Assembly (NCBI GenBank): GCA_964484505.1
Contig: CAZAFB010000006.1
Coordinates: 14,337 to 78,336 of the forward strand
From: an uncultured Bdellovibrionales bacterium
GTDB taxonomy: Bacteria; Patescibacteriota; Minisyncoccia; Moranbacterales; GWC2-37-73
Length of the DNA stretch: 64,000 bases
Reading direction: 5' to 3'
In this document: positions 1 to 9,406 of the stretch, one piece after another
Layout: each line of letters opens with the position of its first letter
Position numbering within the stretch: the stretch's first letter is position 1
Translations under genes and position numbers: made by a program
The notes under the pieces: model-generated
Database searches by the model: none
What the model saw: only the letters and a program-made list of their open reading frames with translations
What the model was told of the DNA's origin: nothing

Positions 1-39
1 AAAATCAAGAAAAGTCGAAAAATATATAAAAACCCCTGG

Positions 40-543
40 ATGGAGGTTTTTGAAGATGAAGTCATCAGACCCGATGAGAAAGATGGGATTTGCGGTATTG
101 TCAAAATATCAGACGGTGTTTGCATTCTCCCGATTGACGACAACGGTTACGTTTATTTGGTAGATCAATTTCGTTATGCCCTAGGAAAAAATGTTATTGA
201 AGTTGCAGGCGGCTCGCTTGAAAAAGGTGAAGAAACATTAGAGGCTGCCAAAAGGGAACTTCAGGAAGAAGTTGGCATATTGGCTGATGAATTCATTTCT
301 TTGGGCACAGTACGTCCGCTAACAACAATCATTAAGTCTTCATCCACTCTCTGTTTGGCTCGGAAATTGCATTTCGTCGAAGCCACTCCCGAAACAACAG
401 AAAAAATCAAAGTCCTGAAGGTTAAATTTGAAGAAGCAGTCGAAATGGTCATGGATGGCAGAATCAATCACGGACCAAGCTGCGTATTGATTTTAAAAGC
501 AAAAGAACATCTTCAATCACTCCCCCAACACATGCAACTCTGA
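40..543 (+). CDS. Nudix hydrolase (ADP-ribose pyrophosphatase-like)
   Basis: Canonical Nudix box GGSLEKGEETLEAAKRELQEEVGI in the 167-aa ORF. Confidence 0.8.
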   Translation: MEVFEDEVIRPDEKDGICGIVKISDGVCILPIDDNGYVYLVDQFRYALGKNVIEVAGGSLEKGEETLEAAKRELQEEVGILADEFISLGTVRPLTTIIKSSSTLCLARKLHFVEATPETTEKIKVLKVKFEEAVEMVMDGRINHGPSCVLILKAKEHLQSLPQHMQL

Positions 544-2316
544 AATCGCGCGGGTGAGGGCGACGTAGAGAAGGTCGCGATCAATGCGGGATTTTTCGCG
601 TGTCAGCTCATCGGCGAAATCAATATTTTCTTTGGCGCGCATCGCCGCAAAATCCATGCCCACCAAACACACCGCGTCAAACTCCACGCCTTGCGCTTCA
701 TGCATCGTCATCACATGTACTTTGTCGTTTACTGCAAAAGCTTCGCGCAATTTCAAAAGCTTGATTTCTTCCCTGGCCAACACGCCCACGCTGCCACCAT
801 CCAGATTATCAATGATTTTATTGATATAGGATATTTCTTCATCCAATGATTCACAACTCATCTCGGCAACTTCCTTGCCTTCCTTGATACCTTCCGGAAT
901 TTCAATCGCGTATCCCAAAGATTTGATATATTCCAAAATATTCTTGGTATTGCGATATACTTTTTGCAAAACTACTTTTCTTTCCCCTTCTATATTCTCA
1001 CCTATTTGTTGCCAATCACGAATCGTCCCCAGTCGCACCTGCTGCGCCGTGTCCCCAACATAGAGCATTGAGCGCGCTTTGCTGCTGATGCATGATTTAA
1101 TCAAGGAAAGTTGTTCCGGCAAATAGTTTTGAAACTCATCCATTACTGCCAAGGAATATTCCAGCGGCACAAAACCTCTCTTCTTTCTGATCAGTCCGTT
1201 TTTCATTTCAATATATTGATCTTTGATCACGCCAAGCGACTCATTGGTATTCAGATATGCTTTAAGCAAAATCACCAGATCGATGCGATCAAGTTTCTTT
1301 TCTTTCTTTTGCCTGGAAAACAATCTTTTTTGCTCCGGGCTGAAATATGGAAAATATATGTTTTCCAAAACCGCATAGGCGCTTCGCTTGGAAAACTCCC
1401 CGATTTTGGCGTGGCGCATGGCTTTGATTTTTTGAAATTCATAGGCATCTTTCTCTTTTTCGTCCGTGCCATATCTTATTGCATATTGCAAATCAAGGCT
1501 CAGGATTTGCAGCGCCCATTCGGAAAATGTGGTAATCAAAACATCGTCAATGCCAAGCTCCGGAAGTAGCTGCGAAAAATATTCTTTTGTGCCATTATCT
1601 TGTACAAACACAATAATCGAATCGCTGGCATAGATATTTGCCAAATCCGGAGATTGCACCAAATAGGCGACGCGGTGCAACGCCAACGTTGTCTTGCCGC
1701 TTCCTGCCGGGCCGGAAATCAAAAATGATCCCACGTGATGCGCGCGAATCACCTGGTCTTGCGCCTTTTCCATCTGCGCCACGATTTCCGGCAGCACAAA
1801 ACCGGTCTTGCGATTGGAAAAATATTCTTGATAGATCAACTCGCGCGCCTTGCCAACTTCTTCCGTCGCCAAAAATTTCACTTTGCCATTAACAATCATA
1901 TATTGATCCTTGCGAAGCATTTGGGCTTTTTGCATTTTGCCGTCAGGTCTTTCATATTCCACTGCCCCGGGATTTTCAAAACGCATTTGAGAAGCAGGCG
2001 TTATCCAGGAATATATTTCCTCATCGCCGAAACCGAATTTACCAAAATAGATACTCTTGGTCTCCTTTTCACCATCCCACACCACATCGCAGCGCACGAA
2101 ATATGGCGACCCTTCCAAATGCGCCAACTCTCCCAAACGCTTTTCGTTATATTGCAAAATGCGATGTTCAACCACAACATCGGCGCTACGAACCGATTTT
2201 AAATCCTGTTTCGCTTTGGAAACAAGTTGAACCAGTTTCGTTTTTTCATTCATAATCCGCTCACACACTGAAGCGACGTGCTTTCTCGCACTCTCTAAGA
2301 TTTTTTCCTTTTCCAT
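517..2316 (-). CDS. UvrD/Rep/HelD-like SF1 DNA helicase
   Basis: Walker A ISGPAGSGKTTLALHRV. C-terminal UvrD-like motifs (VHVMTMHEAQGVEFD, LYVALTRA). An N-terminal ~200-aa extension resembles helicase IV/HelD. Start placed at MEKEK (2316) because a hairpin plus U-run terminator for the upstream gene lies at 2337-2375; the ORF track extends to 2424. Confidence 0.75.
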   Translation of the reverse strand: MEKEKILESARKHVASVCERIMNEKTKLVQLVSKAKQDLKSVRSADVVVEHRILQYNEKRLGELAHLEGSPYFVRCDVVWDGEKETKSIYFGKFGFGDEEIYSWITPASQMRFENPGAVEYERPDGKMQKAQMLRKDQYMIVNGKVKFLATEEVGKARELIYQEYFSNRKTGFVLPEIVAQMEKAQDQVIRAHHVGSFLISGPAGSGKTTLALHRVAYLVQSPDLANIYASDSIIVFVQDNGTKEYFSQLLPELGIDDVLITTFSEWALQILSLDLQYAIRYGTDEKEKDAYEFQKIKAMRHAKIGEFSKRSAYAVLENIYFPYFSPEQKRLFSRQKKEKKLDRIDLVILLKAYLNTNESLGVIKDQYIEMKNGLIRKKRGFVPLEYSLAVMDEFQNYLPEQLSLIKSCISSKARSMLYVGDTAQQVRLGTIRDWQQIGENIEGERKVVLQKVYRNTKNILEYIKSLGYAIEIPEGIKEGKEVAEMSCESLDEEISYINKIIDNLDGGSVGVLAREEIKLLKLREAFAVNDKVHVMTMHEAQGVEFDAVCLVGMDFAAMRAKENIDFADELTREKSRIDRDLLYVALTRAISELHVLGE

Positions 2317-2336
2317 ATATCTTATTTTCGGATTGC

Positions 2337-2375
2337 AAAAAATTAAAAATCGACCCGTTTCGGGTACAATCCGTC
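2337..2375 (-). terminator. intrinsic terminator (ACCCGAAACGGGU hairpin plus U-run) downstream of gene 2515-3264
   Basis: Minus-strand RNA ...ACCCGAAACGGGUCGAUUUUUAAUUUUUUG. Confidence 0.45.
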
Positions 2376-2483
2376 CCACCCGAAAAGAAGTCGATTTGAA
2401 GAAGAAAATGCGCCGAAGCGCCAAGATTTTATAACAAACCTATCATATCACATATTTTCACAATCTGTCAAGCACCCATTATT

Positions 2484-2510
2484 ACAACCCCAGTTTCTCC
2501 AAAAACCCTT
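2484..2510. repeat. 26-bp direct repeat copy 1 (aaccccagTttctccaaaaaccctt)
   Basis: Matches 4605-4631 at 24/25 positions plus 1 indel. Confidence 0.7.
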
Positions 2511-2514
2511 AATT

Positions 2515-3264
2515 TTACAATGCTTCAAATATAAGTGGCAGATATTCAGCACAAGGATTTGTTTTTTCAGCCAACCAAATTTCTTTGTCTTTCATATCTT
2601 TGGAAATATTTATAATCTTAGAAAGCTCCGGTTTTTCCCCTTTTTCCAAAAGACTTTTTTCGAAATCAACATAATGCTTCGTGAATTCGGAAATATTCAT
2701 AGGAATCTTTGCCCAATACACCACTCCTAAAAAGTCATGCGGGCCGCTTTCTACAATTACCCAAGGATAAAACTCGCTTATTTGATTGGAGCTGTTCACA
2801 GACAGTCCAACTTCTTCAGCCATCTCATTGGCCGCGTTCCTCTCAATATCTATAATTCGACCATCATCAAAAAGGTCTTCTCTGGTTATACCACCTCCAA
2901 TACATTGGATCCTGCCAGGCAACGCCGTACTTCCTCCCATCTCTCCAAATATTAATTCACCATCAGAAGTTTCTATCATTATTGAGGAATGCACAACTCT
3001 GCAGGCATGTTTTTCTTCAATAATTCCATTGATAGTCGCCAGATAATGAGCATAATCAGAAAGAGCTATTTCTATCAATATTTCACTTTCATTTTCCTCG
3101 ATTTTTGAAATCGTAAAAACATCGCCGCGCCTAAAGTTCTTCCCACTTTCAATCAACTCTTCCCAATATTTTTCAATTTTGAAAATCACCTCTTCCGGCA
3201 GATTAATCTTCTCACCGGAATATGATATTTTTGGTGTTTTTTTTAAGAGAGTGAGCTTGTTCAT
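2515..3264 (-). CDS. hypothetical protein with degenerate Nudix-like motif
   Basis: GGGITRED...ERNAANEMAEEVGL resembles Gx5E...REUxEExGU but has an insert and lacks the canonical R. Confidence 0.4.
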   Translation of the reverse strand: MNKLTLLKKTPKISYSGEKINLPEEVIFKIEKYWEELIESGKNFRRGDVFTISKIEENESEILIEIALSDYAHYLATINGIIEEKHACRVVHSSIMIETSDGELIFGEMGGSTALPGRIQCIGGGITREDLFDDGRIIDIERNAANEMAEEVGLSVNSSNQISEFYPWVIVESGPHDFLGVVYWAKIPMNISEFTKHYVDFEKSLLEKGEKPELSKIINISKDMKDKEIWLAEKTNPCAEYLPLIFEAL

Positions 3265-3278
3265 ATTTTTTCTATTTA

Positions 3279-4520
3279 TTATTTATTTAAAATTTTTTTA
3301 TATATCTCTTCAAATGCCTTCGTTGCAAATTCATTATAAACCAAATCGCATTTTTGGGGAGCCTCAAGAGGATACGCTTCAAATTTTCCTTTTTCATAAT
3401 AACCTTCCGGATCAATATAAACAACCACCAAACCTTTCTTGCGAGCTGCTTGATGAATTTTCCTCCTATCAGCATGCGAACCCACCACTATTAAAGACTT
3501 TGCGTTGTCGTGAAAATTAATTTTTGGAATAATATTTTCAGATTCATATTTTCTAACATAATACTCTTCAAGTCCCGCTTTTCTAATAAGACCGTCAAAA
3601 TTATTTGTTATAACAGGTCCAACTATCATTCCTTTTTTATGTAATTCTTTAATTATTTCGTGAAATTTAGTCGGTTCTGCCAGAAAACATTTCTTTTGCA
3701 TATTTGTCATTATTCTATAAGCCTCTTTCGGATTTTCAATTATATCAAATATCAAATGATCATCAGGATAACGAAAAATGGCTTTTTTCTTAATTTGATC
3801 TGTTACACAATACACTTCATGCAAATATTTCAAAGGTGGAACACCGGCCTCTATGGATGGTCCACATCCTAATTCTATTTGGGCGGGGAAAAGATCAATT
3901 ATTTTTTCTATAATATTTCCTGTAATCGGTTTTTGCTTTTTTAATTTCTGTCTAAAACCAGTTTTTAATATATACCAAGGTTTATTTTTAAAATCATCAT
4001 CAAGCGCAATCCACTCGGAGTAAACGGTTATATCCATTGAATTATATTCTTTAGGAAATAGTCTGCCTTCAGCCAAATCTGCTGGATGTTGTTTATAAAT
4101 TTTTACATCAATACGCAAATCTTCATTAACAAATTGAAGATGTTTTTTACAATTTATATTATCAACAAAATCAATCTTCCAACCATTTTGCGCACTTTCA
4201 AGCATGCAACTCTCGAGTTCATCTATCTCAGAAGAAAGTAGGCTTAAATTTATCCATAAATAACTCTCTTTAAGCACAAGATCGAATTTATGATGCTTAT
4301 TTTCTTGAATATCAAAGCAATGAAAATAATGTAACATTCTCCTCCTGCAGTCATTTGGATTTTTCCATCCGGATTCATCCTTGTTTTGTTTTTCTTGTGT
4401 TCTTCTCCAAATTCCCTCTTCCGTCCTAGGATTATGCGTTTCAGTTTCCGCATAAAAATTTTTCCACTTTTTCATTTGTTCTTCGGACAGATTCTCCAAC
4501 ACTACAAACGGAAATTTCAT
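3279..4520 (-). CDS. SIR2-like (DHS-like NAD-binding) domain protein with unknown ~200-aa N-terminal domain
   Basis: The C-terminal half carries LGCGPSIEAGVPPL (compare sirtuin GAGIS..GIPDFR), ITNNFDGLI (compare TQNIDxLH) and VVGSH...VVVYID (Rossmann end). There is no zinc-ribbon module, as in defensive prokaryotic SIR2 domains. Confidence 0.55.
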   Translation of the reverse strand: MKFPFVVLENLSEEQMKKWKNFYAETETHNPRTEEGIWRRTQEKQNKDESGWKNPNDCRRRMLHYFHCFDIQENKHHKFDLVLKESYLWINLSLLSSEIDELESCMLESAQNGWKIDFVDNINCKKHLQFVNEDLRIDVKIYKQHPADLAEGRLFPKEYNSMDITVYSEWIALDDDFKNKPWYILKTGFRQKLKKQKPITGNIIEKIIDLFPAQIELGCGPSIEAGVPPLKYLHEVYCVTDQIKKKAIFRYPDDHLIFDIIENPKEAYRIMTNMQKKCFLAEPTKFHEIIKELHKKGMIVGPVITNNFDGLIRKAGLEEYYVRKYESENIIPKINFHDNAKSLIVVGSHADRRKIHQAARKKGLVVVYIDPEGYYEKGKFEAYPLEAPQKCDLVYNEFATKAFEEIYKKILNK

Positions 4521-4598
4521 AGAAATAAACTCAAATTATAGAAAAATTATCCTTATAGCACATTACAAGCCATGTCAATATTGCTGTAAAAAAATTCG

Positions 4599-5402
4599 TT
4601 ATAATAACCCCAGCTTCTCCAAAAACCCCTTGAGTTCTCCGCCTTTGAGCGTGCGGTGTTGGCCGGGCTTGAGGCCGGCAAGTTTTATGTTCAAGATGCG
4701 TACGCGTTTGAGTGAAGTTACGCTGTAACCGAGCGCGTTACACATGCGGCGGATTTGGCGTTTTTTGCCTTCGTTCAAAATTATCGAAAAAGCGCTGGTG
4801 CGAATTTTGCGCGCTTCGCACGGACGTGTTTTATATCCGTCATCAAGCACCACACCTTTTTCCATTTTGTCGATAAATTTCTGCTCGACTTCCTTGTCGA
4901 CCGTGACCACATATTCCTTGTCATGATTGCGCTCCGGCTCCAGCAAACGACCAGTCACGCGTCCGTCATTGGTAAGCATAATCAGTCCTTCCGAATCTTT
5001 GTCTAGCCTCCCAACAGGAAACACTTTCGATTTATATTTCGAATTTGAATCTAAGTCTTTCCGCAAAGTTCCGCGTGAAGTCCGCGTAAGTCCGCGCGTA
5101 TGGGAATTTTTTAAATTCCCATACGACAATATGTCTTCAATGCTTTTTTCGTCGCCTTGCGGACTGTGCGTGATGATGCCGCGCGGCTTGTAATATGCCA
5201 AATATACAAGCTCGTTTTTTCTTTTTTGATCACCCACCACTTCCACCTTGTCATTTTCATTAACCATATCGCCCAACTTCGCTCTCTTGCCGTTAATCAA
5301 AACTTTGCCAGCCTCAAGAAGCCGGTCAGCCTCCCGCCGACTGCAAATCGCCTCATGCGCCAAATACTTATTGATTCTCGTCGGATATTTTTCTGAATTC
5401 AT
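4599..5402 (-). CDS. pseudouridine synthase, RluB/RsuA family (S4 domain plus catalytic domain)
   Basis: N-terminal S4 domain (INKYLAHEAICSRREADRLLEAGKVLING). Catalytic motif VFPVGRLDKDSEGLIMLTNDG. Confidence 0.8.
   Translation of the reverse strand: MNSEKYPTRINKYLAHEAICSRREADRLLEAGKVLINGKRAKLGDMVNENDKVEVVGDQKRKNELVYLAYYKPRGIITHSPQGDEKSIEDILSYGNLKNSHTRGLTRTSRGTLRKDLDSNSKYKSKVFPVGRLDKDSEGLIMLTNDGRVTGRLLEPERNHDKEYVVTVDKEVEQKFIDKMEKGVVLDDGYKTRPCEARKIRTSAFSIILNEGKKRQIRRMCNALGYSVTSLKRVRILNIKLAGLKPGQHRTLKGGELKGFLEKLGLL
4605..4631. repeat. 26-bp direct repeat copy 2 (overlaps the 3' end of the pseudouridine synthase gene)
   Basis: aaccccagCttctccaaaaacccctt. Confidence 0.7.
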
Positions 5403-5437
5403 AATGATATTTTTGTAAATTATCCACTAAGTGCAGC

Positions 5438-5917
5438 TTATTTTATGGAATTTAAAATAATTTCTGCCGTTTCTTTCGCAGCTTGGTTCGTATTGTCGAT
5501 GACAACCCCGAACGACGGGTTATTTATTCCGATCGAGTAGTGATATTCGATTCTCTGTTTCTCCCAATCATCCAGTTCGCGCTCTCCCCTGTTTTTTAGG
5601 ACTACTTCTTTTTCTGGATTCAACGTAAAGACAAATATATTATCATTTAGATCACCCAACTCGCCAATCATATAATCATAATTTTTCTGCGAAAACGGAT
5701 ATGGAACAATTACATTGAAACTTCTTTTAGAAAAGTTTCTGATCAACAAAATTGCATTTTCCAAATTGATCTGAATTTTCTCTTCAATAGAACTTCCTTT
5801 GATAAAATCCGAGAGGCTATCAATCTCAACGACCACCGGTCTTTCAATTTTTTCGGCCAATATTTTCGACACCGTACTCTTGCCTGAATTTATCGAACCA
5901 TTTATAAAAATTATCAT
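5438..5917 (-). CDS. P-loop NTPase/kinase (AAA_33-like)
   Basis: Walker A INGSINSGKST at the N-terminus; about 160 aa. Confidence 0.5.
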   Translation of the reverse strand: MIIFINGSINSGKSTVSKILAEKIERPVVVEIDSLSDFIKGSSIEEKIQINLENAILLIRNFSKRSFNVIVPYPFSQKNYDYMIGELGDLNDNIFVFTLNPEKEVVLKNRGERELDDWEKQRIEYHYSIGINNPSFGVVIDNTNQAAKETAEIILNSIK

Positions 5918-5940
5918 AACAACCCATGCTTATAAAAAAT

Positions 5941-6000
5941 TATTTCACTACTATATATGCTAGAATGGTAGTGGTCACAAAATCTAGTTAAACCTTTTCC
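5941..6000. repeat. ~55-bp intergenic repeat copy 1 containing CTACCAT-N10-ATGGTAG palindrome (promoter/operator-like)
   Basis: cactactatatatgctagaatggtagtggtcacaaaatctagttaaacc; near-identical copy at 6478-6535. Confidence 0.6.
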
Positions 6001-6389
6001 AGCATCAAAATTCTTTTTCGAAAACCACCTCTTTTGCTTGCTTTTTCTTTTTGAATCTTTCGAACAGTTTCAGCATCAAGGTTATTGAATTCCAGAATTG
6101 CATCAATCAATTCCAAAACATCTGCCACTTCCTCAGCTACATGTTCTTTTCCTTCTGCGGCTGCCAATTCGCGAGCTTCTTCCTCAACTTTTTTCATAAG
6201 GAACTTTGAATATTCGTTGTCATCCTCCAAAATTCTTGTTTTTACCTCCTTGCCAGTAAGCTTTCCCACAACTTCAGGAATATTATCCCTAACTAATTTA
6301 GGATACTCATTTTCCTTTTCCAAATTTGTTTCAAAATGTTGAAACCCTATTTCTTTTTCCATATACTTTTTATCAAAAAAATAAATCAA
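5988..6389 (-). CDS. MazG-like nucleotide pyrophosphohydrolase
   Basis: EExxE/EEVADVLELIDA motif typical of the MazG/HisE all-alpha NTP-PPase family. Confidence 0.6.
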   Translation of the reverse strand: MIYFFDKKYMEKEIGFQHFETNLEKENEYPKLVRDNIPEVVGKLTGKEVKTRILEDDNEYSKFLMKKVEEEARELAAAEGKEHVAEEVADVLELIDAILEFNNLDAETVRKIQKEKASKRGGFRKRILMLEKV

Positions 6390-6477
6390 TTTACGACTTC
6401 TAGCGGATAAATATCGAAAGCGACTTCTTCATATGGATGCACCGCTTTCATTTTTTCAACAACATTTTTCAAAATTG

Positions 6478-6535
6478 TCCACTACCATATATGCTAGAAT
6501 GGTAGTAGTCACAAAGCCTAGTTAAACTTTTTCCA
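6478..6535. repeat. ~55-bp intergenic repeat copy 2 (promoter/operator-like)
   Basis: cactaccatatatgctagaatggtagtagtcacaaagcctagttaaac. Confidence 0.6.
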
Positions 6536-6557
6536 CACACCTTCAGGAAGTCACTAC

Positions 6558-6593
6558 ACTTCCATATATTAAAATATTAATATATGGAAGTGA
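6558..6593. other. perfect 16-bp stem / 4-nt loop AT-rich hairpin downstream of fic
   Basis: cacttccatatattaa-aata-ttaatatatggaagtg. Confidence 0.5.
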
Positions 6594-6645
6594 GTCAAGA
6601 TAAAATATTTTATGAACAAAAAAAATATATACTGAGAACAATAAT

Positions 6646-7701
6646 TTATTTTAATATGTATGACGTGGCAGGACCTTTCCCAATTTGCTTTATCGTACCG
6701 ATTTTTTTCAATCTTTGCAGATGAAATTGAGCCGTTCGCTTAGGACAACCCAAAATATCGACGACATCCGAAACCGTTATCTTACCCATCTTATCCGCAA
6801 AATCCAGAATCTTCATTTGATCGGCTTCCATATATATTTGCGAATTGATATCATCATTAACCTTCACTGTAGATAAAGACATGACCTTGTTTTTAACGCT
6901 TTCAATTTCTTCCTTGAATCCCAAGATGAAATATTTGAGCCACGGAGTAAAATCTACTTTTCTCTGTTCATATGTTTTTCCAATATTTATAGCCTTATAA
7001 TAATTCGGGCGATTTTTATTGTAGTAATCCTCAAGCGCAAATAGTCTGCGAAAATCATACCCTCGCTTATAAAGAATAAGTGTAGCCATTGCTCTGGCAG
7101 TACGTCCATTACCATCAGCAAAAGGGTGGATTGCGGCTATTTCTTGATGAACAACACCGGCAACAATTACGGGGTTAATCTCTTCTTTTTCACTTTTTCC
7201 GATCCACTCAATAAGTTCCGCACATAGAGCGGGAACTTTTTTTGCATCCGGACCTGCATACATAACTTCACTTGGAAAACCAAGCCTGCGCCTGACGACG
7301 TAGACAGGACCCTTACGATATTTTCCCGACTGTTCCTTTGGTAGTGTGTTATCGGTAACCAAACTATGAATCTTCAGCAATATTTTTTCATTAATGGGCT
7401 TTTCTTTTCGAACAACTTCATCAATATATTTCAGTGCTTTTATGTAATTTTGCACTTCAAAAATATCGCGCTGCGGCGCATCTACCTTTCTGTGTCTAAG
7501 CAAAGCATCAACTTCAAAAGTATTAAGTTGATTTCCTTCTATTGCTGTCGAGCTGTGTGACATGCGTACCAATGCCTGACGACGCAGTTTCAGCTCATTT
7601 TTAGGAAACATTCGTGCACGCTCAATAACGACCTTTATTTCCGCTATTTCGGTCAACATCTTTACAATTTTGTCGGTTAACCTATATTTTGGCTTAAACA
7701 T
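6646..7701 (-). CDS. fic: Fic/Doc family protein (Fido domain)
   Basis: HPFADGNGRTARA motif. C-terminal winged-helix-like tail. Confidence 0.85.
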   Translation of the reverse strand: MFKPKYRLTDKIVKMLTEIAEIKVVIERARMFPKNELKLRRQALVRMSHSSTAIEGNQLNTFEVDALLRHRKVDAPQRDIFEVQNYIKALKYIDEVVRKEKPINEKILLKIHSLVTDNTLPKEQSGKYRKGPVYVVRRRLGFPSEVMYAGPDAKKVPALCAELIEWIGKSEKEEINPVIVAGVVHQEIAAIHPFADGNGRTARAMATLILYKRGYDFRRLFALEDYYNKNRPNYYKAINIGKTYEQRKVDFTPWLKYFILGFKEEIESVKNKVMSLSTVKVNDDINSQIYMEADQMKILDFADKMGKITVSDVVDILGCPKRTAQFHLQRLKKIGTIKQIGKGPATSYILK

Positions 7702-7750
7702 ATGCGTTTTTCATCTTATTACTACATTGGCAGTATAACATAAAAAAGAT

Positions 7751-7784
7751 AATCGCGCAATAATCGCGCAAGATATCGCGCAAG
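7751..7784. promoter_or_regulatory. three tandem ATCGCGCAA (TTGCGCGAT on the gene strand) repeats upstream of fic
   Basis: aatcgcgcaa taatcgcgcaa gatatcgcgcaa; followed by three tataagatt tandem units. Confidence 0.4.
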
Positions 7785-7870
7785 AGTTTTCGCTTGCCGA
7801 AAGCGCCATAACCATAATGATATTACATAACTATATAAGATTGTATAAGATTATATAAGAAAAGCCGACA

Positions 7871-9256
7871 CTACTTCAAATTCTCTTCGAAATATTTTTC
7901 AAGCTGATCGATGGCGATTCTTTCTTGTTTCATCGTGTCACGATCGCGGACAGTGACAGCGCCGTCTTCAAGCGATTCAAAATCTACCGTCACGCAATAT
8001 GGCGTGCCGATTTCATCTTGCCGGCGATAACGCTTGCCCACATTGCCATTGTCATCAAACTCGCACATATATTTCTGTTTGAGCGTGTCATATATTTCGC
8101 GAGCTTTGGCGACCAACTCCGGCTTGTTCTTGAGCAGCGGAAAAACCGCAACTTTAACAGGCGCTAATTTCTTAGGTAATTTAAGAACTGTGCGTACGTC
8201 GTTTTCTCCAACTTTTTCTTCGACATACGCTTCCGTGAGTACCGCCAAGAATGTACGATCCAAACCGACCGATGTTTCCACAATCCATGGCACATATTTC
8301 TCATTAGTCTGCGGATCGCGATATGACAAATCGACGCCGGAAAATTTGGAATGCTGAGTGAGATCATAGTCGCTGCGATTGTGAATGCCTTCCAGCTCTT
8401 TGAATCCGAATGGGAATTTATATTCAATATCCCAAGCGGCCTTGGCATAAAAAACCAAATTCTCATGCTCGTGCCATTTCAGATTTTCCTCTTTGATTCC
8501 GAGATCAAGATAATATTGCCAACGCTTCACCCGCCATTGTTCATAGGTCTCCGCGGCCTGATCGGGATGCACGAAATATTGCATTTCCATCTGTTCAAAT
8601 TCACGCTTTCTGAAAATGAATTGGCGCGCCGTGATTTCATTGCGAAATGCTTTGCCGATTTGTGCGATGCCAAACGGAATTTTCACCCGCGTCGAATCAA
8701 GTACATTTTTGTAATTCACATATATTCCTTGGCATGTTTCCCCGCGAAGATATGTCGGCTCTTTCGTCCAATCACTCGTAAAGTTCCCCAAATTGGATTG
8801 CACCAGCAAATTGAATTTTTTTGCTTCGGAAAAATTTCTCTTACCACATTTCGGACATGCTATTTTGTCCCTGTTTTCAATCATCAACTGGTTGATTTGT
8901 TCTTCCGTCATTTTTTCATCCGCAAAAACTCCGATTTCTTCAAGCAAGTGATCGACGCGCGCGCGAAAGTGACATTCTTTGCATTCAGCAAGTGGATCGG
9001 AAAATCCACTGACATGCCCTGATGCTTCCCAGACTTTCGGATGCATGAAAATCGCACTGTCCAACCCGACGATATTCTCATGGTCTTGCACCATCGCTTT
9101 CCACCAAGCATCGCGGATGTTTTTTGCAAGCTCCACGCCATATGGCCCGAAATCATATACCGCTGCAAACCCGCCATAAATCTCCGATGACGGGAACACA
9201 AACCCCCTGCGCTTTGCAAGTGATACCAATTTATCCATTGTAATTTGTTCTGCCAT
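7871..9256 (-). CDS. glyQS: glycyl-tRNA synthetase (dimeric class II, GlyQS type)
   Basis: N-terminus MAEQITMDKLVSLAKRRGFVFPSSEIYGG...; class II aaRS motifs; 461 aa. Confidence 0.9.
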   Translation of the reverse strand: MAEQITMDKLVSLAKRRGFVFPSSEIYGGFAAVYDFGPYGVELAKNIRDAWWKAMVQDHENIVGLDSAIFMHPKVWEASGHVSGFSDPLAECKECHFRARVDHLLEEIGVFADEKMTEEQINQLMIENRDKIACPKCGKRNFSEAKKFNLLVQSNLGNFTSDWTKEPTYLRGETCQGIYVNYKNVLDSTRVKIPFGIAQIGKAFRNEITARQFIFRKREFEQMEMQYFVHPDQAAETYEQWRVKRWQYYLDLGIKEENLKWHEHENLVFYAKAAWDIEYKFPFGFKELEGIHNRSDYDLTQHSKFSGVDLSYRDPQTNEKYVPWIVETSVGLDRTFLAVLTEAYVEEKVGENDVRTVLKLPKKLAPVKVAVFPLLKNKPELVAKAREIYDTLKQKYMCEFDDNGNVGKRYRRQDEIGTPYCVTVDFESLEDGAVTVRDRDTMKQERIAIDQLEKYFEENLK

Positions 9257-9406
9257 ATGTTTTTGCTTATTTTATGCCTTATTTACTCACTTAATGGTAT
9301 CTCATTGACAAGATAAGTCAAATGAATTTGCTTATACCCTGTACACATGCAAGGCAATAAAGATAAACGGATTTTGTAATAAATTATGACCTTTAGCTAA
9401 GCTAAT

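Noticed and set aside
2317-2424. Longer N-terminal extension of the helicase ORF (start at 2424).
   Set aside because: A hairpin plus U-run terminator for the upstream gene lies inside this extension (2337-2375), so the ATG at 2316 was preferred.
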